DNA of 63,345 bases, filler included, from Jimgerdemannia flammicorona (taxonomy: Eukaryota), in the NCBI GenBank assembly GCA_003990765.1. It is 2 parts of 2 records of this genome, joined end to end, with 100 filler letters (N's around TTAATTAATTAA, not from the genome) between each part and the next. Parts side by side here need not be neighbours in the genome. Positions count along the whole stretch, not along the records: positions 1 to 31,628 come from RBNJ01000384.1; positions 31,729 to 63,345 come from RBNJ01000385.1. One strand, written 5' to 3'. Below the pieces are notes generated by a model. The model saw only the letters and a program-made list of their open reading frames with translations, was not told where the DNA came from and made no database searches. The stretch's first letter is position 1. Each line of letters begins with the position of its first letter. Positions 23,292 through 36,200 of the stretch are shown one piece after another. A program made the translations under genes and the position numbers.

Positions 23292-23316
23292 TGGTGCCCA
23301 TTGGCTGGTGATTCAA
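23292..23316 (+). promoter_or_regulatory. Primer-binding site of E2 (TGGTGCCCATTGGCTGGTGATTCAA); tRNA not identified
   Basis: TGG begins 3 nt after the LTR end. The sequence is identical in E3 (42624-42648). Confidence 0.75.
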
Positions 23317-23409
23317 GACAAATCCCTCACTTTCAAGCTGAAAAACGAACAACCCCCACAACAACTACCCTGACTACAAGAGTCACCCCCTGCAAGAATT
23401 CAAGACAAG

Positions 23410-26400
23410 ATGGAAATGCATCCCCCTACATTCTATGGATATACTACTGAAGAGTCAATCCTGACCTTCATTGAAGACTTTGAACAATTTTCCACTGTAC
23501 GAGTCCTTGGTGTGGATGCTCAATTGGCCCTTCTACCAGTCAACCTCAGAGGACCTGCCAGAGACAAGTTCAATGCAGCCACCATTGCTGATGCTGGTGC
23601 AGCCAAACTTACCAACATGAAGGCCTTCCTCAGAACAACATATTATACCAAAGAGATCAAGCAAGCTCTCAAGGATCAACTCAATACTATCTGCCAGGGA
23701 CTTAGTGAAGATCCCAACTCATTCTATATCCGAATTTGCCACCAGATTGTCTTGGCTGGCTATGATGATCGCCTCAAGGAACAAATAGTGGATTCAACCT
23801 TCCTTAAAGGAGTTCACTCTGAAATTGCCCTAGCAATCTGGTCTACCCCAGCTGTACTGACCCTTGATCAGAAAGTGGTCTTTGTATAGAGATATTGGAC
23901 TGCCAGACACCCTGCCGAACACTCAATAGAGAAAATAACTGGTATCAAGATGGAGCCATCAAAACCAACTAGTATCTTACCTACTACAGTTGTAAACAGA
24001 CAACCAACCCCACCTACCCCCAAGACAGCCAAAGCTGACCCAGTAGAAGAACTTACCAAGCAGTTCGCCGAGATGACTGCACACCTTGGTGATGTTGTTA
24101 GAGAAGTCCAAAGCGCCAACAGGAGACCAGTGCAGAGATTTGCAGCTACTACAGAAGAATGCAATAACATTACATACTTCAGATGTGGAGAAGAAGGCCA
24201 CTATGCAAAGAATTGCATGACCGAAACAAGATGCAAAGCCCAACCAAGCAATGCTAGCAGAACCAGAGAACAAACCAATGCAGTAGTCATTGAGGAGATC
24301 GGTGACACTGATGATGAAGAATACTATGAGGAGCTCAAATTCTACCCTGCTACTGAAGGTACCAGAACCCGGTCCAAGCCCTATGACAAGAAGAGCAACA
24401 GCAAGCCAGTTGGAAGACCAAAGAAGACTCCAGCTGTCACTATTCAAAGCAAGACCCAATATGAGGAGATTGATCAAGACATGGAGTTAGACGAAGCTGC
24501 CCACCAAATTATTGAAGGCACTACTTCAGTCTCAGGAGAAAGCAAGAGCAAGAAGGAACAGAAGCTGTGCAAGACCAAGATCCACTAGTATAACATCTAC
24601 AAGGACCTCAAGAAACAGAAGATCAATGCCACTTTTGGGCAGCTAGCTGAAGTTCCTGCCTTCAGACAGCAATTGAGAGTAGGACTTGCAACTACTGTCA
24701 AGAATCAAGAGTACAAGAGTGTAGAAGCTCACAATGTACAAGAAGAATCTGAGAACTCAGGTGAAGAATCCGAAGACCAGTACAAGACATCAGCCTATAC
24801 CCCCTACCAGATTGAAGACTGTATCTTTGATGCCATCATTGATACTGGTGCTGGAGGATGCCTCATGAGCAAGAAGGCAATTGACCACCTAGGTTGGGAC
24901 ATTGAAGAGTCCACCAAAATGGTCTATATCACAGCAGACAGTATACGAGCTACCCCCCTTGGCAAAATCCGAGAAGTCCCCATCAAGATAGGAGGAGCTA
25001 CCATCCCAGTAGACATGATTGTTACAAGCACCACCAACTATGACATCCTCATTGGCAACCAATGGCTTCACAAGGCCAAGGCCATCATTGACCTCAATGC
25101 CCAGAAGATGCAGATCAACTACAGAGAGAGAAAGGTATGAGTTTCTATCAATGTCCACAAAGGAGTCCTGCCAGACATGGAGGAAGGAGATGAAGAAGAC
25201 ATAGAGGTCTTCATGCACTCGGTGAACAAGAATAAGAACAAGACACCCAAGCTCACAGATGAGCAGTGGTATAACAAGATCATCGATGGGTATGCCCCTC
25301 AAGGAAGATGCCCCCATGGTACTAGAATGTACTGCTCTGAACACCCGAATGACTGCTGGTCCTGTATCAGCGAAGTCAGGAAAATCCACCAATGAAAATA
25401 TGAGCAAGAAGCTGCCGAAGCAAAAAGAAAAGCTGAAGAAGATGACCAGCCCCCAGAGCTTCAAGCTGACAGTGACGATGAGGAGGAACAAGAATCAGAC
25501 ATCACTCTCAAGGTCAAGAAGTTTTACCCTGAAGCCAAGATCCCAGAATACAAGACTGAAGGAGCCATAGGAATGGATCTTGCCAGCATCCAAGATGCTA
25601 CCCTCAAACCACAGACCACTACCCTACTTGGCACTGGAATTGGAGTTAAGTTGCCAGAAAACCATGCTGGAATTATCAAGACCAGGAGCAGTCTGGCCAA
25701 AAGCGAAATCTCAGTTAAAGGAGGAGTAATTGACCCTGATTACACTGGTGAGATTTTTCTCATAGTCAGAAATCACAACCACACCACTCTCTTCGAAGTC
25801 AAGAAGTATGACAGGATTGGCCAGATGCTGATCCATGAAATCAAGAAGCCCAAGATCATAGAGGCCACTGAACTTATCAAGACCAAGAGAGGAGAACAAG
25901 GCTTTGGATCTACTGGAAGAGGAGCCTATGCTGCCACCAAGATTACTGAACTTGAGCACAAGAAAAACAAGGACCAGAACAAGCACACATATACCATTGG
26001 AGAAAATTTTCCCCTGGAGGAACAACTTCTCAAGATCCTACACCAGAATGAAGGAGTACTTACTACAGACTTTAGGGATATCCACAATCAAGAACCCAAG
26101 TACTACCATGAAGTTGACACTGGTGATACCAAGCCTATCTATCAGAAAGCCAGACCCATATCACCTGCCTACAGAGAGTGGCTGCAAGCCAAACTCAAGG
26201 AAATGGAAGAAGCTGGAATCATCAAGCAAGCTATCAGCCCCTGGGTCTCACTCATTGTCCTTGTCCCGAAGAAAGGAAGCAAGCCTAGAGAGTTTGCACC
26301 AAGACTCTGTATTGACTACAGGAAACTCAATACCATCACCAAGAAGGATAGGTAGCCCTTGCCGAATATTCAAGAAATCCTTACCACTCTTGGAAGTGAA

Positions 26401-27437
26401 GCCAAATACTACACCACCTTGGATCTGTTCTCAGGCTTCCATCAGATCGGTCTCACTCAAGATGCCAGTGAGAAATCAGCCTTCATCATACCTGATGCCA
26501 CCTACATCTATCTGTGAATGCCATTTGGAATGTGCAATGCCCCAGCAAGTTTTCAGCGAATGATGAACAGAGTCTTCAGCAATGAGATTAGAAAATGGCT
26601 CTTTATCTATGTTGATGATGTGATCATCTTCAGCAATACTGCAAGGGAACATGTCAATCACATACAGCTAGCCCTCAAGAGGCTCAAGGAGCATGGCCTC
26701 TACATCAAGCCCAAGAAATGCAAGTTTGCAGCTCAAGAAATCACCTACCTAGGACACCTTATCAACCAGACCGGAATCCACACAGACCCCATGAAGATCA
26801 AGGCTGTTGCAGCCTACCCAAGACCCAGAACAACTACAGAAGTCCATGCCTTCCTTGGACTGGCCAGCTACACAGAAGATTTATCAAAGGATATTCCAAT
26901 ATTGCAGCACCTATCTATGAGCTACTGAAGAAGGAGACCAAATTCGAATGGACCAAGGAGCGCCAAGAAACCTTCAATGAACTCAAGACCAGATTGACCC
27001 AAGCACCCATCCTCAGAAGACCAGACTGGAACCTAGAATTCATCCTGCAGACAGACACAAGTGCTATAGGACTTGGAGCAGTTCTAGCTCAGAAGAAAGA
27101 TGGACATGAATATGTCATCTCCTACACAAGCTGAGGTACCCGTAGAGCAGAACAGAACTACGAGTCATGTAAGCTTGAATGCTTAGCAGTAGTTTGGGCA
27201 GTAGACAAGTTCCACTACTACCTAGCTGGAAAATACTTCACCATTCAGACAGACCATTCTGCTCTTGCCTGGCTATTCCACACTCTGAACCCCAAAGGAA
27301 TATATGCCAGATGGATCTACAGGCTGTAAGAATATGACTGTACTGTCAAGTACCACCCAGAAAAGACCAACACCAATGCCGATACACTCTCAAGGACACC
27401 CCGAAACATCTCCATCAAGACTATTCAACATGAATAA
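23410..27437 (+). pseudogene. E2 gag-protease-Zn motif-dUTPase-RT-RNase H polyprotein
   Basis: Zinc knuckle (Y)FRCGEEGHYAKNC; AIIDTGAGG (protease); GGVIDPDYTGEI and RGEQGFGSTG (dUTPase, ~25500-25920); MPFGMCNAPASFQ and IYVDDVIIFS (RT); LQTDTSAIGLGAVL (RNase H). One frame apart from an indel near 26870. Confidence 0.94.
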
Positions 27438-28677
27438 GGAGCTATACTATGGATTAATCAGCTACCTTAGGCAGCAGAAGATACCCAACCATCTCAAACC
27501 CTGGACAATCACCATCATCAACTAGACTTGGAAACAGTTTGAATTAGACAACACTACACTCAGAAAAGGAGGAAAGCTAGTAATACCTGAACACAAGAAG
27601 TATCAAGTAATGAAGGAAGTACACGAGCAATGATACTTAGGAGGAACCAACACATATGACAAGGCAAGAAGAACCATGTGGTGGCCCAAGATGGAAGAAG
27701 ACCTGCACCAATTTGTCAAAGGGTGTGACAAGTGCCAAAAACAGAAACAAGATCAGCAAGACCAGATACCCAGATCATCAAGAATTGAGTCTATCCCCTT
27801 CCACCACATCGCAATGGATATCATTGGACCACTACCAGTAATACTATCAGGAAACCGCTATATTATAGTTATTATAGACCTCTTCACCAAATGGATAGAG
27901 GCAGGAGTATTACAAGAAACCAATGCCCTCTCTATAGCCAATTTCCTACACTGAGAAATCATCTGCCACTACAAGACACCAAAGCAAATCACAACAGACC
28001 ATGGTACAGAATTTGTCAATGGATTCCATGAGATAATGTACCAGAAATATAAGATCCAGCACATCAAGACCACTGCATACCACCCTCAAGGAAATGGACA
28101 GACAGAGAGAACCAACAAGACCCTCAAGAATATCCTAGCAAAGATCTCAGAGACATATGAGAATTGGGATAACTATCTCCCAACTGCCCTCTCTATTCTA
28201 TAAGACATACAATCACAGAGCACACATTTTACCCCAAGAGAGCTGCTCTTTGGAGAAGAAGATTCTAATGGAATCTTAGCCACAAATCTAGACCTAACTT
28301 GGAGACAGGTTGATGCAGAAATCCGGAGACTATACCAAATCAGGAAGAAGGCTGAAGATTACATCACTAAGTCACAAGCACTGATAAGGAAGAATGCGGA
28401 AAAGAATCACAAGGCCCTAGAACCCATCTGAATTGGAGAAAAGGTTCTACTGTATCGAAATATGGTAGAAGCCTCATGGTCACGAAAACTGGAGCCCAAA
28501 TGGGAAGGACCCTTCTACATACAAGATATCAAGGGAACTACCTTCTGGCTTAGAAAAATCTCAGGGACCATACTGCCTACCACAGTACATAGGAACAGAC
28601 TCAAGAAGTACCACAAACCTATACAAGAGAAGCAAAATGTGATGACCACCTGCAAGGTTCTAGTCCGCGAATCATAA
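27430..28677 (+). pseudogene. E2 integrase, in the +1 frame with its own ATG
   Basis: MNKELYY..., WWPKMEEDLHQFVKGCDKCQK, IAMDIIGPLP, ITTDHGTEF, HPQGNGQTER and KLEPKWEGPF. Confidence 0.9.
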
Positions 28678-28978
28678 CAGCATGTCCCATGACCAGCAGG
28701 CTATCTGTCTGGACCATTCTCTAAGGGATATGGCACTGGCAACTACTTATCCGTGAAGACTTTCGCAGTCAGAGGAGTTCGAACCATCAACTGATTGGTC
28801 AAGATCAGAATCAGGCCCTTGCTCTATATGAAGGGAGTGACCCTTCACCATTACACCAAAATACAAAGGGAAGACGTCAGTCCATAAACACCAGTTTTCA
28901 ACCCCTTGCCAGAGGTTATGGGATCAGCAAATTTTTCAGAACTGGACCAATGAATAAGGATGCTCAGGAAGATCCTTA

Positions 28979-28991
28979 TTCAGGAGGAAGA
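28979..28991 (+). promoter_or_regulatory. Polypurine tract of E2 (TTCAGGAGGAAGA)
   Basis: Abuts the TGT of the 3' LTR; identical to the E3 PPT at 36881-36893. Confidence 0.8.
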
Positions 28992-30528
28992 TGTAACGGT
29001 GATCCCAGAATGATGACATCAGCACAGGAGACAGCCTTTCTTTATAAGCCACCAGATTGGAGTACAAGAAGATCATATGGTATATGAGATAAGCAATGAT
29101 GACCAACTGTGAGTCATTGTGACCACAGCACAAGCATCCTGAAGAATATAAAAGAAGGATCAAGGAACTGCAGTAGCAGCAACCAACAAGAACCACCAAT
29201 CCCAAAATAGCTCAAAGACTTACCACAAACAAAATGCCTGCTGCTCACCAAACCTCAAGGTCAAGGAATCGTCAAGGTATCTCGGTCGAGGAAAGGATGT
29301 TCCAAGACATCAGAAGAGCCATGAGGACCCACTCAAGAAGGACTCCTAGCATCAACCTGGGTACTGCAGACCCCTATCACTTCATTCTCTACCACCGCGA
29401 AATGGAAACAAGGATCACCATTGCCACCAAATGCCTCCAAATATAGCAGGAATATGAAATAGGAAACCTCCTCTGCCGGGAGTTCCCATAGGCCAGCCCT
29501 CAAGAGCTACAAGATACCACTCCCATGGACCTATGTGAGGCAAGGATAGCAAAGAAGATCCATCAGATCTTCAGGCATGCACCATGATCAATCCCCAACT
29601 TGGAGTATGTTAGAGTCTCAGACTTCAGAGATCTGTCATCCTGCCATATCAATGCACTAGAAGCCAGGGTAGCCACAGAAGTCCAGTCCACCATCACCCT
29701 CAATAGTGAAGAAGTAGAAGACTTCTGGCACCCTATCCTTCAGGACAACCCAGACCAATTCCTACAAGGATTGATCTCAGTATTCCAAGGCCCAAGCATC
29801 TAGGTTAGATCTCCCCAAGACCCCACATTTGTCCCCTATTTTGTGAAAGAGAACCTCATAGACTGGAGAGCTCCAGATCTTGTCCCCAATTTCCCCGCCG
29901 AATGTGATGACGTCATCGGTGATGACATCATCCTGCGCGACATACCCGAAGCATGCAAAGAACACGAAACATATGACAACGAAGTACACGAGATGCATGG
30001 CCTGCACGATGAATTTGCGGACCTCATCTCCTTCAATGATGATGATGATGAAGCTCCCATAGTCCTGAACTTTCTGCTCTAAGTTCTTTGTTATACTGGA
30101 TAATGCCAGCACTGGTATTCTCATGTAACACTGGATAATACCAGCATCAGTATTCTGAGGTAATGCGAAATTATTCCAGCACTGGTATTTTGATATGATA
30201 CTAAATAATGCCAGCCCTGGAACTTAGTAGTTTTAGTTATTGGAATTTATATTTAGCTTTATATCTTAGCAACCATTGAATTATATTTTGTATAAATACC
30301 TCTCTTATTTCCTCTGAAATAAAGTCAGTCAATTCAGTGCAATACACACACTTCCTTGCAAGTAATCTAAGAGATAACAAGATAGTTAAAGATAAGAAGT
30401 TTGAGGACTATAAAACCTTGGGAAGGCACTCCAATAAGAACTTACTTATAACAAACTTGAGTTAGTCTAAGAGATACACCTTGAAGAGAATCTGGCATAT
30501 TTGAAGGACTTAGCGACACTACATGACA
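28992..30528 (+). repeat. 3' LTR of E2 (1537 bp)
   Basis: TG...CA termini; TATA-like GTATAAATA near 30290 and AATAAA near 30318, both downstream of the embedded ORF. Confidence 0.95.
29234..30082 (+). pseudogene. LTR-embedded accessory ORF of E2 (283 codons in one frame), unknown function
   Basis: ORF-track pieces starting at 29234, 29600 and 29843 are in the same frame. The stops are sense codons (TGG/CAG) in the 5' LTR copy. Confidence 0.8.
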
Positions 30529-30544
30529 ATATATATATATATAC

Positions 30545-31080
30545 TGAGGAGAAATATCATGTTGAACTTTTGTTCAGAGTATTTGATTGATGGAGAGTCC
30601 TTTGAATATAAGGAGTATTTTAATATAGAGTAGAAGAGAGAATTTATATAGATATCTGAATATTAGCTGGGTGAGTATAAGGTATTTAAAGACTTTTAGG
30701 TAATAGTTAGTGGATATCTGAAAGTAAGAAGATGAAAGAATAGTGATAAGAGTTATTGGGATGATCTGAGAGAAAGATTGGTAGAGTATATTTGTAATGA
30801 GTAGCTCACTATTGATTGAGTTTTAATAGTATAGGTAGAGTTGACTAATTATTGACTATATATTTGAAAATAAAAAGCAGATGAGCTTAAAGGAGTAATT
30901 AGAGAAATATCAGATTAATGAATAGGGTAGAGACTTAAGAGTAGTCATTATTGATATATAGTAGAGAAAATCTATAAATAGAGTAGAGAGAGAGTTATAG
31001 TAGTTAATAGTCTGATAATTTTTAATTATAAAGAGGTAGGAGGTAGACCCCTCAGAGAGATCAGGTGGAGAGTTGAGTTA
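30545..31080 (+). mobile_element. Heavily mutated 3' fragment of the L1-type LINE family
   Basis: gatatctgaatattagctgggtgagtataaggtatttaaagactttt aligns with cagatatcagaacattggctgagagagtgcaaggtacttagtgactttt (~57388) and with ~62820. Confidence 0.65.
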
Positions 31081-31199
31081 TTATATATTATATAGTATAG
31101 ATTAGTTTGATAATAAATAATGAAGTCTAAGTAATTATAAAAAAAAAAATTACAAAGATAAAGTGTAAATAGGATTATATCAATATTGAGAATACTGAT

Positions 31200-31628
31200 A
31201 TCAGCAGTAGTGATTTAGTAAAGAATAAAGGATATTCTAATGAGAAAATAAATATTAATAATAGTGAAGTTAGTGATAATAATATTTATATTAATAATAT
31301 TAGTAATATTGAAGTTGGTAATATTGAAGTAGTGACATTGATTATACTGACAACTTTAGTAATATTGGTGATAATAAAAAGGAGAATGATGAGAAGAAAA
31401 ATAGTAAGAAGGAGAAGAAGAATAATGAGAAGAAGAATAGTAAGAAGAAGAAGAACAATAAGAAGAATAATAGTAAGAAGAAGAAAGAGAATAACTAGAA
31501 GGAAAATGATGAAAAAGAGAATAATAAGGAGAATGGTAAAGAAAAAGAGAAGAAAAATTAAAATAATATGGATAAGATGTATCTATAGTAATATAGAGTA
31601 AAAAAAAAAAAAAAAAAAAAAAACAAAC
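31200..31628 (+). repeat. Low-complexity (GAA/AAT)-rich tract ending in poly(A); probably a decayed acidic coding segment
   Basis: Reiterated agaagaagaata-type units. Confidence 0.55.
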
Positions 31629-31728
31629 NNNNNNNNNNNNNNNNNNNNNNNNNNNNNNNNNNNNNNNNNNNNTTAATTAATTAANNNNNNNNNNNNNNNN
31701 NNNNNNNNNNNNNNNNNNNNNNNNNNNN
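31629..31728. other. Artificial assembly spacer (44 N + TTAATTAATTAA + 44 N)
   Basis: Symmetric N runs around a six-frame-stop linker, with poly(A) on both sides. Confidence 0.97.
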
Positions 31729-31760
<32 letters not shown>

Positions 31761-31761
<1 letters not shown>

Positions 31762-32660
31762 CAAAGACAATGCACCACTCCTTCACCCACCAATACCTTA
31801 TCCAGTATATGAGACAGATTATGCTATCCTGTGGGATGGTGATGAAGTCCTGATGTATTACTACCTCAGTGAACAGAGAGAAGTAATCTGCGAACCACTC
31901 TTCCTAGATGACTACTTTATCAGAGATGATGTCATCAATGGTGATATCATTGAAGACTACCCAGACAGTATCTAAACCTATAAATAGTCTAATAGTCTTA
32001 GTATAGTTAGATTAGCTTTGTACGATGTGACTGTGAACTAACTCAGCAGTCAGATGATCTCTTGATATGTCAGATCACACTTGTACTATGTGACTGCATT
32101 CTAACTCAGTAAAGCACTAAGTGCTACATCCATATCTAGCATAGTCCAGATAGTCCCTCACCAGTATAAATACCCCCTCCCTCAGACCCCAGAATCTCAG
32201 ACTCGAACAGATAAAAACAATCCGAACACAACTTCTGAGTACTTCCTCACAATATCCCTTCAAACAACTACTCCTAGTATAGTAATATCATGAATAGTGA
32301 ATAAACCTATTTAATAACCCACAAACTACTCTTAAGTAAATCTACTCTCTATTAGGTCTCACTTCTGACCCCATCATGAAATTTCCTAATTGGGTATTGT
32401 CTGCAACGATATGCCAATTAAACTAAGCTGGTCTTAGTTTTTTGAACTTTCTGAAATATGGAAATCCTGAACATCCAGAACTAGTCCAAAAGGACTTTGG
32501 TTGAGATATTAACCCAAACTTGAAATCAATAAGTATAGAGGATGTACTCCATATGAAATTGATCTTGACTATAAGAAAACAGTCTTCCAGAATATCCAGA
32601 ACTTCCAGAAAACCCTTACAGAACTATGAAATGGTTATCCTAAAAAGCAACCCTCTTATA
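31761..32660 (+). repeat. Partial LTR of the E1 family (3' ~900 bp), cut off by the gap
   Basis: Reverse-complement match to 2438-~3340. Ends CCCTCTTATA (decayed CTTACA); no PBS follows, so it is a solo or 3' LTR. Confidence 0.9.
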
Positions 32661-35090
32661 ACATCAATAAAATAGCAACTCATCACTTTTGCCCTCCTCC
32701 CACTATGTATCTGCAGATATAACAAATCAATCTAAGATAGAGGGAGTAATAATAGGGGAAAGGAGACTTGGAAGGTTATCTACCAAACCTCATGACTGGT
32801 AAGTAGCAGAGAAAGAGACAAAGAAATAAGTATATATTATACTCTCTCTGAGATAATAATACCAAAGAAAGACTATGATGATTCTACTATACAAGTAATA
32901 GAAATGAAAACATATTAGTTCTAACTAACTAAGTAGTAATCCTTATTTAAGTTCTTCATTTTAATATTGAATTAAATAAATCTATAAAAGATCTCTAACT
33001 TATACTACTCAAAGGTAAAGCTAACTAAGTAATAATATTTTTAATATCACTAGAAAGAATTATGATCAAAATTCAGATAGTACATACTCTTAACAATAAT
33101 AGATACTAGATGATTGAAGATCTCTATATAACTATAGATACATATATAGTAAAAAAGGTTATCACTCATTTTATAGATATAACTACTCAGTAGTAATAAA
33201 ATCTTTCAATATACTCCCTCATTTAGGAAACCTATACTAAAATCAATATAAGTAAAGGATATAATGATCACCCTAACTATAAAGTCTACCCAACTACTAT
33301 AGACCTAAAGGAGCTGATGATCTTATAGTTCTAGAGTTTTATTTATATTATCAAAGTCAAAACCTAGCTCAAGAATCTCTAATTCTATAATAATAGAAAA
33401 GAAGACTTCAAAGTATTTATAATAAGATTAAAAATCCTTCTGAATACTATAAGAGCAGAATATAGCTAATGAGAAGAAACTATGAATAGAACTAGAGTAG
33501 TATACTTCTTTAATACTATTTCTAGATAATTATCAGAAATGATTCAGAAGCAAAAATGATTCTATATATAATTGTTAATATAAACAATAGTACTTAGAAT
33601 AAACTATTACTAGAGCATATACTATCTTAGTAACTTAAAGATTAAAAGACAATAGAAACAACAATAAAGAAAATAAGTAATATCAATATAAGAAGAAATA
33701 TGAATCTCAAAATAACTCTCTGAAATTGTAAAGAAAATTCAAGAAATTATCTAATAAGAAAATAGAGAAACTTATAAAAAAGAAGTATATTTCTATTATA
33801 AAAAAGAGAGAATATATATATGATATATAAATTCCCTAATAAGAAGACTAACATAAATAAAGAATAATCCTCCTTATATACTATTACTATAATAGAAGAT
33901 ATATAATCTCAAAGAAATCTTTGAGAAAATCAAAATCAAGAGATTCTATATTATAGTAAAAATCTCAGACAAAATATATGAATCTGATACTAATTATAAT
34001 CTCTACTTAAGTATAGAAGTAACTATTAAATCAAGTAAGTAAGTAATTATTAATATACATATATATAGTAATAAAAGTCTCAAAGAAAACTATATCTATC
34101 TTATAGAAAGAAGTAGTCTGACTAATGAAAAAAAACTCCATATAACTGGAGAAGTTATAGACCAAGGATTAAAAGGTGAAATTAAGATTCAACTACATAA
34201 TACTAGATAGAAAGCAGTCAAAATCATATGTGGAAAATGAATTACCTAAGCTATTATTAAGATAATATATATATAATAATCTTGAAGTTGAAAAAACAAA
34301 TAAACTATCACTCTCTAATAAGGAGAAAAAACATTCAAATTAATAGAAAAACACTCTAATAAGAAAGGAGAAGACTACGATATAAAAGATTATTTATATT
34401 AAATAATCTCAAAACTAAGTTCAGAAATAATACTTATATATTACTAATTGATATATCTCTATAAAACAATATTCTTATGAAATTAAAACATACTATTTTA
34501 AATATATAAAAGTATATATTATATATGTTCTCAAATTCAAGAAATATAAGTCAACTATCTCATAATAATGAGATTAAGAAATTAAGAATATCAATAATAA
34601 AGATAGAGATAGATAAGATTGAGAAAAAGAAATCTTCTTAGAAATAATTACTATTTGATAAGAAAATAACTCTATATATATCTACCTATAAGGAAAAATT
34701 GAAGAAAATCCTATTGAAGTCCTTATCAATAGTAAAGTAAGCAAATACTATCTTGATAAAAAGATTGCTAATAAGTTCAGACTTAAGATATAAAGAAATC
34801 TAGACTATATCCAAAAATGAAATAACTCAGAAACTATCTAAAATCTGTAAGAATACACTCTTATAACTAGGAGATTATACTTTAAAGTAGATCTTCTATA
34901 TTGTACAATATACAGAACATAATCTCATCTTTAGAATATTCTGGCTCATTTAAGAAAATCTATATATAATTAAAAAACTAATAAAATCTCTCTAGGATAT
35001 ATTAAGCTATAGCTAGAATAGATCAAGAAGAAAGTAAAATCCAAGTACAATATTATCTTTAATATCTAAATAAAGAAGCTAGTCTGGAAA
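32661..35090 (+). mobile_element. Very decayed Ty3/gypsy relic E4 (gag - dUTPase - protease)
   Basis: ITGEVIDQGLKGEIKIQLHN at ~34142-34201 (dUTPase motif 3), preceded by YNLY; GKIEENPIEVLINS at ~34692 (decayed protease D-S-G region). Boundaries approximate. Confidence 0.6.
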
Positions 35091-35387
35091 CTAGAGTAGT
35101 ATATCTCTATATATATACTTAAAGTATTTACTTAATTTACTTTATTATTAATATATATATTTAATATAGTCATTTCTTTGATAGTATATAGGAATATCTT
35201 TTTAATAGTGATTTTTATATTGAAAAATGCTGATTTTTTCGAGATTGTATTTTCTGTTAAAAATATAACTTAATTTATTTATTTAATTATTTATTTGATA
35301 AAATTTTAATCAGATATAAAAAAAAGTATAAAAAATTAATAGTAAAATATTTTTCAACTATATTATTATCTAAAAGATAGATACATA

Positions 35388-36200
35388 TAGTGCTCTCTAA
35401 TGAATCCAATTAATTCAAATCAAATCAAATTGAGAGTTATTTGAATTAAATTGAATTGGAGATTTTTTAATTTGAATCAAGTTCAAATTGAATTAAATTC
35501 AAATTGAATCAAATTTGGATCAAATTTAATTTGATTTGATTTGTTAGAAGTATTAGATAGATATACTTCTTAAGTTTAATTTATAGATTAAATAATTAGA
35601 ATTTTAGATATATAGAATTAATATAATATTTTAATTTTACATTTATACTAGATATTATATATATATTCTACTAATTTTCTTATTAAAGACCAGAATAGGT
35701 TATATTCGTACTAATACTAGAATTGTATTTATATCTATACTAGTTATATCTATAATAGTAATAAAAATTACTTTTATTATTACTATAATACTTGTAATTA
35801 ATATATTTATATTTATATATATATATTTATTTATAAATATTCAGTATTAATATAACTCTAATTTATATAGTTAAAGAGAAAATAAATTTTTAATATATAA
35901 ATTATATACTTTTAATAATTATTAATTAAATTATATAAAATAAATTATTTTTAATTTAACTTTAATTTAATTTTATTTAAATTTAATTTGAATCTATTTT
36001 TTTTAAAATTTAGTAACTTAACAATATCTAAATTTAATAAACTTTAGCAAATTAGATATATTTTATTAAGATAAATCTAATATAATAAAGAATATTAAAT
36101 TTGGTTATACTTTTATTAAATTATTACATTTTAAATTTAAAATAAAATTTTGAATTAAATTTGATATCAATGATCTCAGTTTGATTTGAACTTAATTTAA
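35388..36200 (+). mobile_element. Relics of the hAT family: a short element with both TIRs (~35388-35555) and a decayed left-end segment (~35940-36200)
   Basis: TAGTGCTCTCTAATGAATC, pentamer arrays and GATTTGTTAGAAGTATTA; 35985-36140 aligns with 16330-16490. Confidence 0.65.

Larger units (their letters stand above)
22112..30528 (+). mobile_element. Ty3/gypsy LTR retrotransposon E2 (gag - protease - Zn motif - dUTPase - RT - RNase H / separate integrase; no chromodomain), decayed, with truncated 5' LTR
   Basis: Direct repeats 22112-23288 and 29354-30528; 3' LTR TGTAAC...TGACA; PBS, PPT and gypsy domains present. Confidence 0.95.

Noticed and set aside
28680..28990. Possible extra small ORF between E2 integrase and the PPT (likewise 4500-4900 in E1)
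   Set aside because: Single copy, stops in all frames and no motif; the shared IQEEDV ending with the E3 ORF only reflects the common PPT sequence.
31332..31601. Arg/Ile-rich 89-aa ORF resembling a protamine
   Set aside because: Off-frame reading of a decayed GAA-rich low-complexity tract.
31629..31728. TTAATTAATTAA palindrome between N runs
   Set aside because: Artificial contig linker, not biological; adjacency across it cannot be assumed.
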